NCBI GenBank assembly: GCA_965225945.1
Contig: CBDDBZ010000004.1
Location: 9,240-73,239 of the forward strand
Source: Alphaproteobacteria bacterium
GTDB taxonomy: Bacteria > Pseudomonadota > Alphaproteobacteria > GCA-2731375
Length of the DNA: 64,000 nucleotides
Reading direction: 5' to 3'
This document shows positions 9,141 to 19,388 of the stretch, piece by piece. Numbering within the stretch: position 1 is the stretch's first letter; each line of letters begins with the position of its first letter. The position numbers and the translations under genes are program-made. The notes below the pieces were generated by a model. It was not told the DNA's origin. It was given only the letters and a program-made list of their open reading frames with translations, and made no database searches.

Positions 9141-10278
9141 TACCCCGACTCCCCGCAGACCCGAAAAAGTTCTGGCAATCCGGCTGCGGATCGATTCTTC
9201 TCGCGGTCATGATTCGCGGTGGATTTCTGAGCATCGAGGAACGCGCGGCCCTGGAGGCGGTGATGGGGCATCCGAGCGAGACCCACGGGGTGGCGCGCCG
9301 CGCGAACGCCGTTCTGCTCTTGGATGACGGCTTGAGCTGCGTCGAGGTGGCGAAGGTGCTCTACCTCGACGACGACACGGTGCGGACGTGGCTGAAGCGC
9401 TACCGTGCGGGCGGCCTGGATGAAATGACGCTGTTCGACTGGCATGGCCGGTCGGGCCATCTGAGCCGGGAGCAAGAGGCGGAGCTTTCGGCCCATCTGA
9501 GCCAACGGCTTTACCGCGATACCGGCGAGGTGGCGGCCCATATCAAGGCGACCTACGGAGTGATCTACAGCCATTCGGGCTGCATCAAGGTGATGCATCG
9601 CCTGGGCTTCGAATACAAGCGCCCGAAAAGCCTGCCGGCTCAGGCCGATGAGGCCGAGCAGGCCGCCTTTATCGAGGCCTATGATAAGTTGCTCAACGGC
9701 TTGGCCGCCGACGAGGTGGTCTACTTCGCCGATGCGGTGCACCCGGAATTCCAGTCCCGCCCAGTCCATGGCTGGGTCAAGAAGGGCGACAAAGTGGCGT
9801 TACGCCGGACCTCGGGGCGCCAGCGCATCAATCTCCACGGCGCGCTCAACCTGGAAAACTTCCACTGCCCCTTGGTCCAGGCCGAGAGGATCAACGCCGC
9901 CTCGACGATCGCGCTGTTCGAGATGCTGGAGGCCACCAATCCCGGCAAGTCGCGGATCTATGTCTTCGCCGACAATGCCCGCTATCACCACGCCCGCCTG
10001 GTCCGACAATGGCTGGAGAGACCGGGTTGCCGCATCAAGCTCATCTTCCAACCGTCCTACGCTCCCCACCTCAACGCCATCGAGCGATTATGGGGCGTCA
10101 TGCATCGCGAGGTGACCCACAACAGCTTCTACGCCAGCTTCGCCCTCTTCACCGAAGCCATCGACGATTTCTTCCGCCGACGACTGCCACGAGAGTGGAC
10201 GACGTGGCGCGACACCATCACCGACAATTTCCGAATCATCTCGCACAAGGATTTTCGGGTTCTGGGGTGAGGCGAGTA
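9141..10278 (+). mobile_element. IS630-family insertion sequence
   Basis: Imperfect ~27-bp TIRs (TACCCCGACTCCCCGCAGACCCGAAAA / revcomp TACTCGCCTCACCCCAGAACCCGAAAA); TA duplicated at 9139-9140 and 10279-10280. Confidence 0.95.
9209..10270 (+). CDS. IS630 transposase (intact ORF)
   Basis: N-terminal HTH, YFADAVHP, DNARYH, PSYAPHLNAIERLW DDE motifs; ATG9209 inside the element. Confidence 0.95.
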   Translation: MIRGGFLSIEERAALEAVMGHPSETHGVARRANAVLLLDDGLSCVEVAKVLYLDDDTVRTWLKRYRAGGLDEMTLFDWHGRSGHLSREQEAELSAHLSQRLYRDTGEVAAHIKATYGVIYSHSGCIKVMHRLGFEYKRPKSLPAQADEAEQAAFIEAYDKLLNGLAADEVVYFADAVHPEFQSRPVHGWVKKGDKVALRRTSGRQRINLHGALNLENFHCPLVQAERINAASTIALFEMLEATNPGKSRIYVFADNARYHHARLVRQWLERPGCRIKLIFQPSYAPHLNAIERLWGVMHREVTHNSFYASFALFTEAIDDFFRRRLPREWTTWRDTITDNFRIISHKDFRVLG

Positions 10279-10438
10279 TATTACGTCCTGTTCGAGGACC
10301 CGGATGGAATCCGCGTCGAGGTGAACCACGTCCCGGGAAAAGGCGTGCTGGCGGAGAGTACGAGCTTCAACCCCGGCGACGATTGGCGCTAAGCCCTGCT
10401 TGCTCGCCCACGCGGGCCACGACTTTAGGAACTTCCAG

Positions 10439-11200
10439 ATGGAATTGACGACGGTGGTCTACGAGAAGCGAGGGGCCATCGCCCATGTCACGCTCGATCG
10501 CCCGGACAAACTCAACGCCATGAATGCGGCCATGCACGAGGAGCTCGGCCGCGTCTGGGACGACTTTCGAGACGATCCCGCCTTGCGGGTCGCGATTCTA
10601 TCGGGGAAGGGACGATGCTTCAGCGCCGGCGCCGACCTTTCCGCCGGGCCACCGACCGGCCGCTATCGCTACGACGGCGACTTTCCGGACATCACCAGGA
10701 CACGACCCCTGTACAAACCCATCGTGGCCGCTCTACACAGCCATGTTGTCGGCTATGGGATGTGGATCGCGTTGGATTCGGACATCCGAATCGCTGCCGA
10801 GGACACCTCCTTCTGGTTGCCCGAGCCGCAATGGGGCATCACCACGATTCCCGCCGCGTGGTTTCCCAAGCTCATGCCCTGGGCGATCGCCTCCGAACTG
10901 TTGCTGCTCGCCGAGCGAGTCGATGCACGTCGCGCTTATGAGGTCGGTCTGGTCAACAAAGTCGTGCCCCGGGATCGGCTGCTCGCGGATGCGGAAAAGG
11001 TCGCGGACCGGCTCGCGGAGCTCAGTCCAATGGCGGTGCAGGGGATGAAGGAGGCGATGGTTCGAGGCGGCAATCTGGACTACGGGGCCATCGACGGAAT
11101 TACGGAGCAGGTTCAAAACCGGGTCATGAACTCGCAACAGCGACAGGAAGGCGGGCGGGCGTTCGTGGAGCGACGGCCCGCCCGCTGGCCATCGAGCTGA
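10439..11200 (+). CDS. Enoyl-CoA hydratase/isomerase family protein
   Basis: LDRPDKLNA, FSAGADL, KPIVAAL, GLVNKVVP. Confidence 0.92.
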   Translation: MELTTVVYEKRGAIAHVTLDRPDKLNAMNAAMHEELGRVWDDFRDDPALRVAILSGKGRCFSAGADLSAGPPTGRYRYDGDFPDITRTRPLYKPIVAALHSHVVGYGMWIALDSDIRIAAEDTSFWLPEPQWGITTIPAAWFPKLMPWAIASELLLLAERVDARRAYEVGLVNKVVPRDRLLADAEKVADRLAELSPMAVQGMKEAMVRGGNLDYGAIDGITEQVQNRVMNSQQRQEGGRAFVERRPARWPSS

Positions 11201-11344
11201 TGGGATCCGGGGCGCGGCCCGGCGGCGGGGCCGGACGACGCGCCATTGTATCGCGATGTTTGGTTAATTAGCATAAGTCCATGGGAGGCCGTCGGACACT
11301 CGACCGATGCGCCTTGGATAAACATGGCGAAGGAGAAAGTCCGC

Positions 11345-11932
11345 ATGGCTTGGGAAATCGCTGGTCGGAGCATGGAGCTCTGTAGCTGCAAGATGCTCTG
11401 TCCCTGTTGGCTGGGACCGGAGATCCAACCCGATGAAGGCTGGTGCGGTGCCACCTTCGGCTTCGAGCTGCAGCGGGGAAATTCCGCCGGCGTCGATTTG
11501 AGCGGCACGAAGGTCGCAATGATGTTCGAGTGGGAAGGCAACGGCAAGGCCCGGGTCTATCTCGACGCGGCCGCCTCGGATGAACAACGGGGCGCGCTGG
11601 AGAAGATCTTCGGCGGCCGGGACGGCGGCCCGTTGGAGCCGCTGTTCGGCGCGGTGATCGCCGAGTGGCTGCCCTCGGAGGTCGTGACGCTCGACATCGA
11701 TTGGGGCGAAAACCCGACCTTGCGGGTCGGCGACGTCGGCCAGGCCAGTTTGAAGCGGCTGAAGGACGCCACCGGCCAGGCGACCCGGGTCACCGGCTCC
11801 GCCGCCCAGGCAGGCTTCCAACTCCCCAGCATTGACCTGGCCAGCAGCGCCGGCAGCCGGATGTCCGACCCGGATCTCCGTAGCTGGGAAGGCAGTTCCG
11901 GAACGCTTCACGAGTTCGACTGGAAGAGCTGA
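11345..11932 (+). CDS. DUF1326 domain protein
   Basis: W.I.G...E.CSC...CPC motif, GVDLSG, EQR.ALE.IF.G; AAGGAG RBS. Confidence 0.85.
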   Translation: MAWEIAGRSMELCSCKMLCPCWLGPEIQPDEGWCGATFGFELQRGNSAGVDLSGTKVAMMFEWEGNGKARVYLDAAASDEQRGALEKIFGGRDGGPLEPLFGAVIAEWLPSEVVTLDIDWGENPTLRVGDVGQASLKRLKDATGQATRVTGSAAQAGFQLPSIDLASSAGSRMSDPDLRSWEGSSGTLHEFDWKS

Positions 11933-12136
11933 AGCATCGCCCGACCTGGCGGAACGGCCGAGCTTTCCTCGCACATCGCGGTGGGCGTCGATACGAGCGA
12001 GCGGAGCGGAGCGTGGCAATTCAGGCGGCTTTGACGCGCCGCCTCGGATCGCCACGGCTCTCCGCGCCCTCGACCACGTGGCCGAGGCGCCCGCTCGCCT
12101 CTTGAACCGAATTCAGTTTTGCCGCAGGTTTCGAGC

Positions 12137-13063
12137 ATGGCCGAGCGGGGGATCTCGTTGCCGCCCTTCGCGGCGTTGCGCGCGTTTCACGCAGCGGCGA
12201 CGCATGAGCGCTACCGGGACGCGGCGGCGAGCCTCGGAATCACCGAATCCGCCATCAGCCACCAGGTCAAGCGGTTGGAGGGCTTTCTCCAGGTCGCGCT
12301 GATGGACCGCTCCGGCGCGAGGGCACGGCTGACCGACACGGGCCGGCGCTATCTGGACGAGATCGAGCCGGCGCTCTTGCGGATCCAGGCGGCGAGCGAG
12401 GCCATCCGGCCGAGCGGCGGGCGCGCCGTCGCCCGACTGACGCTTCCCCCCTCCCTCGCCGCCACCTGGCTGATCCCGCGCCTCGGCGCCTTCGAGCGGG
12501 CGCGGCCGGAGATCGAGCTGCAACTGATCACCTCGACCAGGGTGGTCGATCTCCGCCGCGAGCGGGTGGATCTGGCGATCCGCTGCGGGCGCGGCGCCTG
12601 GCCGGGGCTCAAGGCGAGCTTTCTCCTGGAGGAGACGGCGATGCCGGTTTGCGCGCCCGGCTATCTGACCCCGCCCGAAGGCCCGCCCGGTCCGCACCTG
12701 CTCCGCGACGTCCGCTTCATCGTCAGCGGCAATTTCCCCGATGAGTGGGAGGAGTGGGCCCGTGCCCATGGCATCGACCCACCCGCACTCGCCGACTCGG
12801 TCGTGCTCGACGCCCAGGAGCAGGCCCTCCAGCTCGCCGAGAACGGCCACGGTCTGGCCATGGGCCGGCGCCCGGTGGTCGACGATTGGCTGGCGAAGGG
12901 CCGCCTCGTCGCTCCCTTCGGCACGGCCGACCCGACGGGTGCCGCCTACTATCTCTGCAAGCCCGAGGACCAGACACCAACCGCCGCCGCGCGCCACGTC
13001 GAGCGCTGGTTGATGGCGGCCGGCGCGGCTTGGCGCGACGATCCCCCAACGCACCCATCTTGA
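12137..13063 (+). CDS. LysR family regulator (GcvA-like)
   Basis: LPPFAALRAF, TESAISHQVKRLE, WLIPRL..F, DLAIR.G.G.WPG. Confidence 0.94.
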   Translation: MAERGISLPPFAALRAFHAAATHERYRDAAASLGITESAISHQVKRLEGFLQVALMDRSGARARLTDTGRRYLDEIEPALLRIQAASEAIRPSGGRAVARLTLPPSLAATWLIPRLGAFERARPEIELQLITSTRVVDLRRERVDLAIRCGRGAWPGLKASFLLEETAMPVCAPGYLTPPEGPPGPHLLRDVRFIVSGNFPDEWEEWARAHGIDPPALADSVVLDAQEQALQLAENGHGLAMGRRPVVDDWLAKGRLVAPFGTADPTGAAYYLCKPEDQTPTAAARHVERWLMAAGAAWRDDPPTHPS

Positions 13064-13073
13064 ATTATATTCA
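13061..13073. promoter_or_regulatory. LysR T-N11-A box
   Basis: TGAAT-TAT-ATTCA palindrome overlapping the LysR stop codon, about 105 bp upstream of the next gene. Confidence 0.55.
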
Positions 13074-13178
13074 TATCGAGCTGAAGCGAACTCGATCGCA
13101 TTCGCCCCGCCCCTCGCCCATCTTAGGTTGGAGAAGAGGATGCGGCTCCGGCCGCCCCGCCAACCGAGGATCAGATCG

Positions 13179-14042
13179 ATGTACCAGACGCTCGCCACCG
13201 CCACGCCGACCGCCACCGCAATCGCCAGCACCGAGGTAAGCGGCGCGCTCACCTTCATTCGCCCGCCATCGCGCAAGCCCGTGTTCCACAGCTCCGCGCT
13301 GACCGGCGACAAGCCCGCGTTCTTTTTCGAATCCGAGATCCGCGAGGTCCCAATCGCCGACATGCGCGACGTCGCCGACGATTTTTCGATCGACCGCGAG
13401 GGCTTCGAGCTGCTCGAACACCGGACCGCCGTCGCCGACCTCCACGACGACGCGGCGGTGCGCGGGGACTATTACCGGGAGATCGAAGAACTGCTCCGCC
13501 GGCGCTTTGGCGCCAGCCGGGTGGCGATCTTCGACGCCACGCGGCGCTCCGATGCCGGCGACGGCGCGGCCAACCCCGTGGGCCGGCACGGCCCGGCCAG
13601 GCGCGTCCATGTCGACTACACGACCAAGAGCGGCCCGCAACGGGTCAAGGACATCCTGGGCGAGGCCGAGGCCGAACGTCTCGCCGCGAGCGGCGCCCGG
13701 ATCATCCAGGTGAATGTCTGGCGGCCGATCCAGGGACCCGTCCGGCGCGCGCCGCTGGCGCTCGCCGATGCCGCGAGCGTCCGGCCGGCGGAACTGGTCG
13801 CCACCGATCAGGTGTTCCCGAACCGGGTCGGTGAGATCTATCACCTGGCCCACGCGCCCACGCAACGTTGGTATTACGCGCCCCTGATGACGCCGGACGA
13901 GGTGCTGCTGATCAAGGGCTGGGACAGCCTGGACGACGGCCGCGCCCGCTTCACTCCCCACTCCGCCTTCGACCTGCCGGAATCCGAAGAGGCACCTCCG
14001 CGCGAAAGCATCGAGCTGCGCGCCCTGGTGGTGATCGAGTAG
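13179..14042 (+). CDS. CmcJ/NvfI-like (2OG-Fe(II)-type) oxidoreductase
   Basis: FSIDREGFEL, VHVDYT, NVWRPI, PLALADA, WYY.P.M..DEVLLIK, TPHSAF, PRESIELR. Confidence 0.85.
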   Translation: MYQTLATATPTATAIASTEVSGALTFIRPPSRKPVFHSSALTGDKPAFFFESEIREVPIADMRDVADDFSIDREGFELLEHRTAVADLHDDAAVRGDYYREIEELLRRRFGASRVAIFDATRRSDAGDGAANPVGRHGPARRVHVDYTTKSGPQRVKDILGEAEAERLAASGARIIQVNVWRPIQGPVRRAPLALADAASVRPAELVATDQVFPNRVGEIYHLAHAPTQRWYYAPLMTPDEVLLIKGWDSLDDGRARFTPHSAFDLPESEEAPPRESIELRALVVIE

Positions 14043-14109
14043 GCACATCCTCTACGCGGGCGGCGGCCATCGCGGGCCGCCGTCCGCGAACGTCACCCGA
14101 GTTAGCGCG

Positions 14110-14850
14110 TCAGAGCGCCACGACCATGCCGTCGTAGGCCGTCTCCTCGGGGATCTCGTCCTGGCGCGCCGGCATTTCGCGCCCGAAGTGGGTCAGTATC
14201 ATGCGCTTGGCCCCCAGCTCGTGGCTGTGCGCCACGATGTCGGGATAGTTCAGATGAAAGGGAATCGGCCTTTCATAGTCGTAACACTCGGCGACCAAGA
14301 GGTCGGCGTCGCGCGCCAATGGCGCCATGTGCTCGGTCCAGGCGCCGTCCCCGGTATAGGCCACGACCTTGTCGGCGACTTCGACCCGGACCGATGTCGG
14401 GTTGGTGCCGCGCGTGTGCGCCGCCGGGTAGGCGGTCACGGTCAGCGGGCCCACCGGCGCCGGTCTCAGCAGCGGCAATTCCACGTATTCGAGTTGAAAC
14501 TTCGGTGACATCGCCGCCATCCCGGGGAACAGCGCCTCCGAAATCTCAGGCAGGCGCCGGGCGCAGTCCCGGGGACCGGCGATGGTGAGCGGCCGGTCGC
14601 GCTTGGCGGCCAGCATGGCGTCCAGCAACAGGAAGGGGATACCGCCACAATGATCGCCGTGGAGGTGGGTCAAGACGATGGTGTCGATGCTGTTGTGCTC
14701 GATTCCCAACCGGTTGAGCGCGATCAGGCTGGAGGCGCCAAAGTCGATCGCGAAGCGATGGCCCGGCGCATCCACCAGAATGCAGGTCTGAAAGCGGCCG
14801 CCGACGCCGAAGGCATCGCCCGAGCCGACGAAGGTGACCGTGACGCTCAT
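14110..14850 (-). CDS. MBL-fold metallohydrolase (RNase Z/ElaC-like)
   Basis: GSGDAFG, THLHGDHCGG, YTGD, LTH. Confidence 0.9.
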   Translation of the reverse strand: MSVTVTFVGSGDAFGVGGRFQTCILVDAPGHRFAIDFGASSLIALNRLGIEHNSIDTIVLTHLHGDHCGGIPFLLLDAMLAAKRDRPLTIAGPRDCARRLPEISEALFPGMAAMSPKFQLEYVELPLLRPAPVGPLTVTAYPAAHTRGTNPTSVRVEVADKVVAYTGDGAWTEHMAPLARDADLLVAECYDYERPIPFHLNYPDIVAHSHELGAKRMILTHFGREMPARQDEIPEETAYDGMVVAL

Positions 14851-14861
14851 GGCGTCGAGGC

Positions 14862-15866
14862 CTATTCGGCCGCCGACGCGAGAGTTTCGAGCGCGCGGAG
14901 CTCGCGGGTCTCGCCGATTCTCATGGTCCAGGCGTTCTCCTCGCCCCAACCCGCCGCCAGTGCCGCCCGCTCGAAGCGTGGCCCGGCCTCGAAGGGATCC
15001 TCGGGCGTCAGTTTCACCGTCGCCCAATGCATGGCGACGGCGCGGCGCGCGCCGACCTGGCGGGCGATGTCGATCGCCTCTTCCGGCGTGGCGTGAGACG
15101 ATTTCATGATCTCGCGCGGTTCATAGGCGCCGATCCCGATCAGCGCCAGATCGAACGGACCCTCGCGTCGGCCGATCTCCTCGAACACCGCGCCCGCTGC
15201 CGTGTCGCCCGAGAACCAGAGCTTCAAATTCTTGGCCGTAATGGCGAAGCTGGCCCAGAGCGTGCGGTTGCGATCGCGAATGCTTCGGCGCGAGAAGTGC
15301 ACCGCCGGCAGCGCGGTCACTTGGAGCGGCCCCACCTCTCGGCGTTGCCACCAGTCCATCTCGATCACCCGGGTGTAGCCGCGCGCGGTGAAATAGGCGG
15401 CGAGGCCGAGCGGTACGACCACCACCATCCGATCCTTGCCCGCCAGCTTGTCGATGGTGGCGAGGTCGAGGTGATCGTAGTGATTGTGGCTCAGCACCAG
15501 GAGATCGATCGGCGGCAGTTCCTCGACGGGAATCGGCGGTGGCGCCAGGCGCTTGGGCCCGAAGCCCATGGGTCCGGCGTTGGCGCCCAGGAAGGGATCG
15601 GTCAGCACGGTTTGCCCGTCGAGCCGGATCAGGAAACTCGCATGGCCGAGCCAGGTGAGCGAGGGGTTGGCGGCGGCGGACAGGTCGCGGCGCGCCGCCT
15701 CGCCGTCCAGCATCACCTCGGGCCCGGGCACGTGGCGCTGCTTGTCGGTGTATTGGCCCCAGAAGAACCGGGCCATGGTGGCGAAGGAATGCTCGCGCGC
15801 GGGACTGCCGGGCGGATTGCGGAAGGTGCCGTCGGGCGCGTGATGGGCGGGCTTGGACGCGGTCAT
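14862..15866 (-). CDS. MBL-fold metallohydrolase (NAPE-PLD/RomA-like)
   Basis: TWLGHA, LTDP, SHNHYDHLD, GDT, IGAYEPR, MHW. Confidence 0.92.
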   Translation of the reverse strand: MTASKPAHHAPDGTFRNPPGSPAREHSFATMARFFWGQYTDKQRHVPGPEVMLDGEAARRDLSAAANPSLTWLGHASFLIRLDGQTVLTDPFLGANAGPMGFGPKRLAPPPIPVEELPPIDLLVLSHNHYDHLDLATIDKLAGKDRMVVVVPLGLAAYFTARGYTRVIEMDWWQRREVGPLQVTALPAVHFSRRSIRDRNRTLWASFAITAKNLKLWFSGDTAAGAVFEEIGRREGPFDLALIGIGAYEPREIMKSSHATPEEAIDIARQVGARRAVAMHWATVKLTPEDPFEAGPRFERAALAAGWGEENAWTMRIGETRELRALETLASAAE

Positions 15867-15975
15867 CTCGACCCCCATATCCCTCGTGCCACGGCTCGCC
15901 TGGGCGAGACAGGATCGCACCGGAGTATAGCGGTTCCCCTCGCCAGCCGCTTTCGCCCCTCGCTTCTCGCGTTTC

Positions 15976-16362
15976 CTATCCCGCGAGCGAGAGGCGGAGA
16001 CACATCCCGGCCGAGAGGCCGAGCATCGCCAAGGTCAGCACCATGCCGCCTGCGCGGCCGAAACTGCTGCCTTCGACGCGGGAGAGGGCGAAGGCATGCA
16101 GCGCACGGCCGACCAGTAGCATCCCGCCGAGCCCGTGCAGGATCCACGCCTCGGTTCCGCCCGCCTCCAGCACCAGAAGGAGGACGAGGCCGATCGGCGC
16201 GTATTCGACCAGGTTGCCCTGCGCCCTGACACGCCGCTCGAAGGCCGGATCGCCGCCCGTGCCGAGACTGATCCCGCCGGCGCGGCGAGCGGATATCACC
16301 CTCGCCGAAAGGAAGAGCAGAAGGAAGGCCAGAAGCGCGGCGTAGAAAGCGGTGATTTGCAT
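15976..16362 (-). CDS. MAPEG family membrane protein
   Basis: RAQGNLVEY, GRALHA, four hydrophobic helices. Confidence 0.9.
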   Translation of the reverse strand: MQITAFYAALLAFLLLFLSARVISARRAGGISLGTGGDPAFERRVRAQGNLVEYAPIGLVLLLVLEAGGTEAWILHGLGGMLLVGRALHAFALSRVEGSSFGRAGGMVLTLAMLGLSAGMCLRLSLAG

Positions 16363-16442
16363 GTCGTGTCCCTGGTCGGAGGCGGCGTCACATCCCTATA
16401 TGGTCATTTCCACCGCCTGAATCACCATCTGTTCCGCCCGCC

Positions 16443-17843
16443 TCAAACCAGGCGTTTGACCTGGGGGGCGGCGGCGATGCGCCCGCCGCCCCGATAGGCT
16501 TCATGATTCTTCTCGATGTCGGCCAGGCGATAGAGATAGTTCACCATGATGCCGGCCGATTGCTTCATGCCATTCGCCGAGGTGTCGGCCAGCCAGTTGA
16601 TTCGCTCCAGCCTGGCGCCGTTCGAGAGGTGAAAGTGGCCGACGGGATCGCGCGCCCGGCCCGCCTCGTCCGCCCCCAACAGATACGTCGCCGCCAAGCG
16701 TTGCAGGATCGGCCGGAGCGCGGCCGCGAGCTCGGCGTCCTCCGCCCAGTCGGCCCGCGCGAGCAGCGAGCGGAGCGCCGCCGACGCCTCCTCAAGGCCG
16801 GCCTGCTCGCGCAACACCTCGGCCTCGCCTGAGCTGAAGACGTCCTCGCCGTCGCGCTCCATGGTGCTGATCAGCCATCTCATAAAGCCCGGCGCGGGCG
16901 ACAGTGTGGCGAAGTTCTTGAGCGTCGGCAGCGAGCGTTGCAGGTCGTCCGCTACCCGCTTGATCAGGAAGTCGCCGAAGCTGACGCCGACGAGGCCCGC
17001 CTGTGCGTTGGAGATCGAATAGAAGATCGCCGTGTCGGCCGCTTCGGGATCTTTCTCGGGCGCCTCGTGGTCCAAGAGTTCCTGCACGTTGCCGGACATG
17101 CCCTCGACCAGCGCCACCTCAATGAAGATCAGCGGCTCGTCCGGCATGCGGGGATGGAAGAAGGCATAGCACCTGCGATCCGAATCCAAACGGTTCTTCA
17201 GATCCTCCCACGACCGGATGCGGTGAACCGCCTCGTAGGCGATCAACTTTTCCAACAGCGCCGCCGGCGATTCCCAGGTGATCCGGGCGAGATCGAGGAA
17301 GCCGATGTCGAACCAACTGGTCAGCAGTTCGCGCAGATCGACGTCGAGCCGGCGGAGCGCCGCGTCCTCGCCCGTATCGAGCGCCAGCAGGTCGGCCCGC
17401 ATGTCGACCAGGAACTTGACACCCTGCGGCAGGGCGTTGAATTGGGTCAGGAGCTTGGTGCGCTGCGGCAGCAGGTCGCGCCGGAGCTGGCGCAGCGCGT
17501 CGCGCCGCCTCTCTTCGTCCTCGGCCTCGCTCACTCGGACGAGGGCGGCGTCGAGAGCGTTGGTTTCGACGTCGTAATCCTCCGCCAGCACCTGCAGGAA
17601 GCGGGCCCTGCCCACTTCTGTGAGCCCGAGATAGCTTTGTCCCAGGTCCGCCGCGCGCACCCGCGCCGAGACCTCGCCGCCCTTGGCCGTCAGGCAGGCG
17701 TCGATCTGGCCCTTCAGACGCGCGACATCGCCCTCCGGCAGATCCGGGGCCACGGTGAGGCCGGGCGGCCGGCCGCGCCAGACCTGGCGCAAGTTGGAGA
17801 GCGTCCGGTCTATGAAGCCGGCGGCGTCGCTACGGTTGCTCAT
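16443..17843 (-). CDS. Malonyl-CoA decarboxylase
   Basis: EAVHRIRSW.DLK.RL, FYSISN.Q.GL.GVSFG, TLSP.PGF, DPV.HFHL.NGA. Confidence 0.93.
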   Translation of the reverse strand: MSNRSDAAGFIDRTLSNLRQVWRGRPPGLTVAPDLPEGDVARLKGQIDACLTAKGGEVSARVRAADLGQSYLGLTEVGRARFLQVLAEDYDVETNALDAALVRVSEAEDEERRRDALRQLRRDLLPQRTKLLTQFNALPQGVKFLVDMRADLLALDTGEDAALRRLDVDLRELLTSWFDIGFLDLARITWESPAALLEKLIAYEAVHRIRSWEDLKNRLDSDRRCYAFFHPRMPDEPLIFIEVALVEGMSGNVQELLDHEAPEKDPEAADTAIFYSISNAQAGLVGVSFGDFLIKRVADDLQRSLPTLKNFATLSPAPGFMRWLISTMERDGEDVFSSGEAEVLREQAGLEEASAALRSLLARADWAEDAELAAALRPILQRLAATYLLGADEAGRARDPVGHFHLSNGARLERINWLADTSANGMKQSAGIMVNYLYRLADIEKNHEAYRGGGRIAAAPQVKRLV

Positions 17844-17901
17844 GATGGGCCTGAAATTGGAGCGCTACGTCCGCGTTACAAGGATAAGTCCTCGGATCCG
17901 A

Positions 17902-19383
17902 TCATTCGGCGAGGCGGCGTAGCACATTCGGCAGCATCTCCGCCAGATCCTCCGCGATCAGGCCCGGACCGAAGGCATTCGCGCAAGCACCATGCAGCCA
18001 GCAGGCGGCCGCCGCCGCCTCGAAGGCGGGCATTTCCTGGGCCAGCAGGCCGACACAGAAGCCGGCCAACACGTCACCGGAACCGGCCGTCGCCAGCGTC
18101 GCCGGCGCGTTCACGTTGATCACGGCGCGGCCGTCCGGCGCCGCGACGACGGTATCGGGACCCTTGAGCAGCACGACGGCGCCCGAGTCGGCCGCCGCGC
18201 GTCGCGCCCGGGCGAGCTTGCCGCCGTCGAGCGCGGGGAACAGCCGGCGAAATTCGCCCTCGTGCGGCGTCAGAATGCAATTCTCGTTCAGCGCGGCGAA
18301 CAATGCCTTCCTCGCCCGCGCGAAGACGGTGATGGCGTCGGCGTCCAGCACCACCCGCTTGCCCAGGCGGAGCGCGGCCAGCGCATTCTCACCGGTCGCC
18401 TTGTCGACGCCGTTGCCGGGGCCGACCAGGACGGCGTCGAGGCGCGGATCGCGGATCAATCGGGCGAAGCCTACGGGACCGTCGTGCGCCCGCGTCATGA
18501 CGGCGGTGAGCTGGGCAGCGTTCTCCGCCAGGGCCGAGCGCGGACAGGCCACCGTGACCAGGCCGGCGCCGATCCGCAGTGCCCCTCGCGCGGCGAGTCG
18601 CGCCGCCCCGCTCCGCCCCCTCGGGCCGCTGGCGACGACGGCGTGACCGCGATCATACTTGTGCGATTGCGACGCGGCGATAGGCAGGTCCGGCCGCCAG
18701 AGGCTGGAATCGTTGATCCAGGCCAGCGGGCGAAGGCGATCGAGCACGGCCTCGGGGATCGCGATGTCGATCACGCGGATCTCGCCGGCGAGCGCCCGGC
18801 CGGGATAGAGATAGTGGCCCGGCTTGGGGCGAAAGAAGGTGATCGTCATCTCCGCCGGCGCGGCATAACCGCGCACCAGGCCGCTGTCGCCGTCGACGCC
18901 GCTCGGCACGTCGATGGCGACGATTTTCGCGCTCCCCCCGGCCGCCGCCTCCAGCGTCGCCCGCCCGACGCCGGCCAGATCGCGGGAGAGGCCGGCGCCG
19001 AACAGCGCGTCGACCACCAGGTCCGCGCCCTCGACCACCGCCGGCGACAGCGCCTCGACCTTGCGGCGCCAGCGCCGGGCCATCAGCGCCGCGTCGCCCT
19101 TTAAGGCCGCCCGCTCGCCCAGCAGCGCCAGGCGGACTTCGGCGCCGGCTCGGGCCAGATGGCGGGCGATGACAAATCCGTCGCCGCCGTTGTTGCCAGG
19201 CCCGGCGAGGATCACCGTCGCCCGGGCGCCGAAGCGTTCTAGGATTTCGCGCGCGGCACCGGCGCCGGCGTTCTCCATCAGCGTCGGCCCGTCGATCCCG
19301 GCATCCATCGCCGCCCGGTCGGCCGCGTTCATTTGCTCGACGCCGAGGACGGCGTGGTGCCTCGCCTCTCCCGCCGCCGGCAC
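17902..19383 (-). CDS. nnr: Bifunctional NAD(P)H-hydrate epimerase/dehydratase
   Basis: LMENAG, GPGNNGGDG, HKYDRG, TPHEGEF, AGSGDVLAG; start inferred at GTG19383. Confidence 0.92.
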   Translation of the reverse strand: MPAAGEARHHAVLGVEQMNAADRAAMDAGIDGPTLMENAGAGAAREILERFGARATVILAGPGNNGGDGFVIARHLARAGAEVRLALLGERAALKGDAALMARRWRRKVEALSPAVVEGADLVVDALFGAGLSRDLAGVGRATLEAAAGGSAKIVAIDVPSGVDGDSGLVRGYAAPAEMTITFFRPKPGHYLYPGRALAGEIRVIDIAIPEAVLDRLRPLAWINDSSLWRPDLPIAASQSHKYDRGHAVVASGPRGRSGAARLAARGALRIGAGLVTVACPRSALAENAAQLTAVMTRAHDGPVGFARLIRDPRLDAVLVGPGNGVDKATGENALAALRLGKRVVLDADAITVFARARKALFAALNENCILTPHEGEFRRLFPALDGGKLARARRAAADSGAVVLLKGPDTVVAAPDGRAVINVNAPATLATAGSGDVLAGFCVGLLAQEMPAFEAAAAACWLHGACANAFGPGLIAEDLAEMLPNVLRRLAE

Positions 19384-19388
19384 CGGCG

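Larger units (their letters stand above)
8800..10392 (+). pseudogene. VOC/glyoxalase family gene interrupted by IS630
   Basis: 8800..9140 joined to 10281..10392 gives a 150-aa ORF: HVILTV...GLHHICFRA...WAPGYYYVLFEDPDGIRVEVNH. Confidence 0.92.

Noticed and set aside
8903-9208. N-terminal extension of the 455-aa IS630 ORF
   Set aside because: Lies largely outside the IS in an alternative frame of the VOC gene; the real start is ATG9209.
11500-11560. Possible short in-frame deletion in DUF1326 (FEW/EGNG)
   Set aside because: Impression from memory of homologues only; cannot be supported without an alignment.
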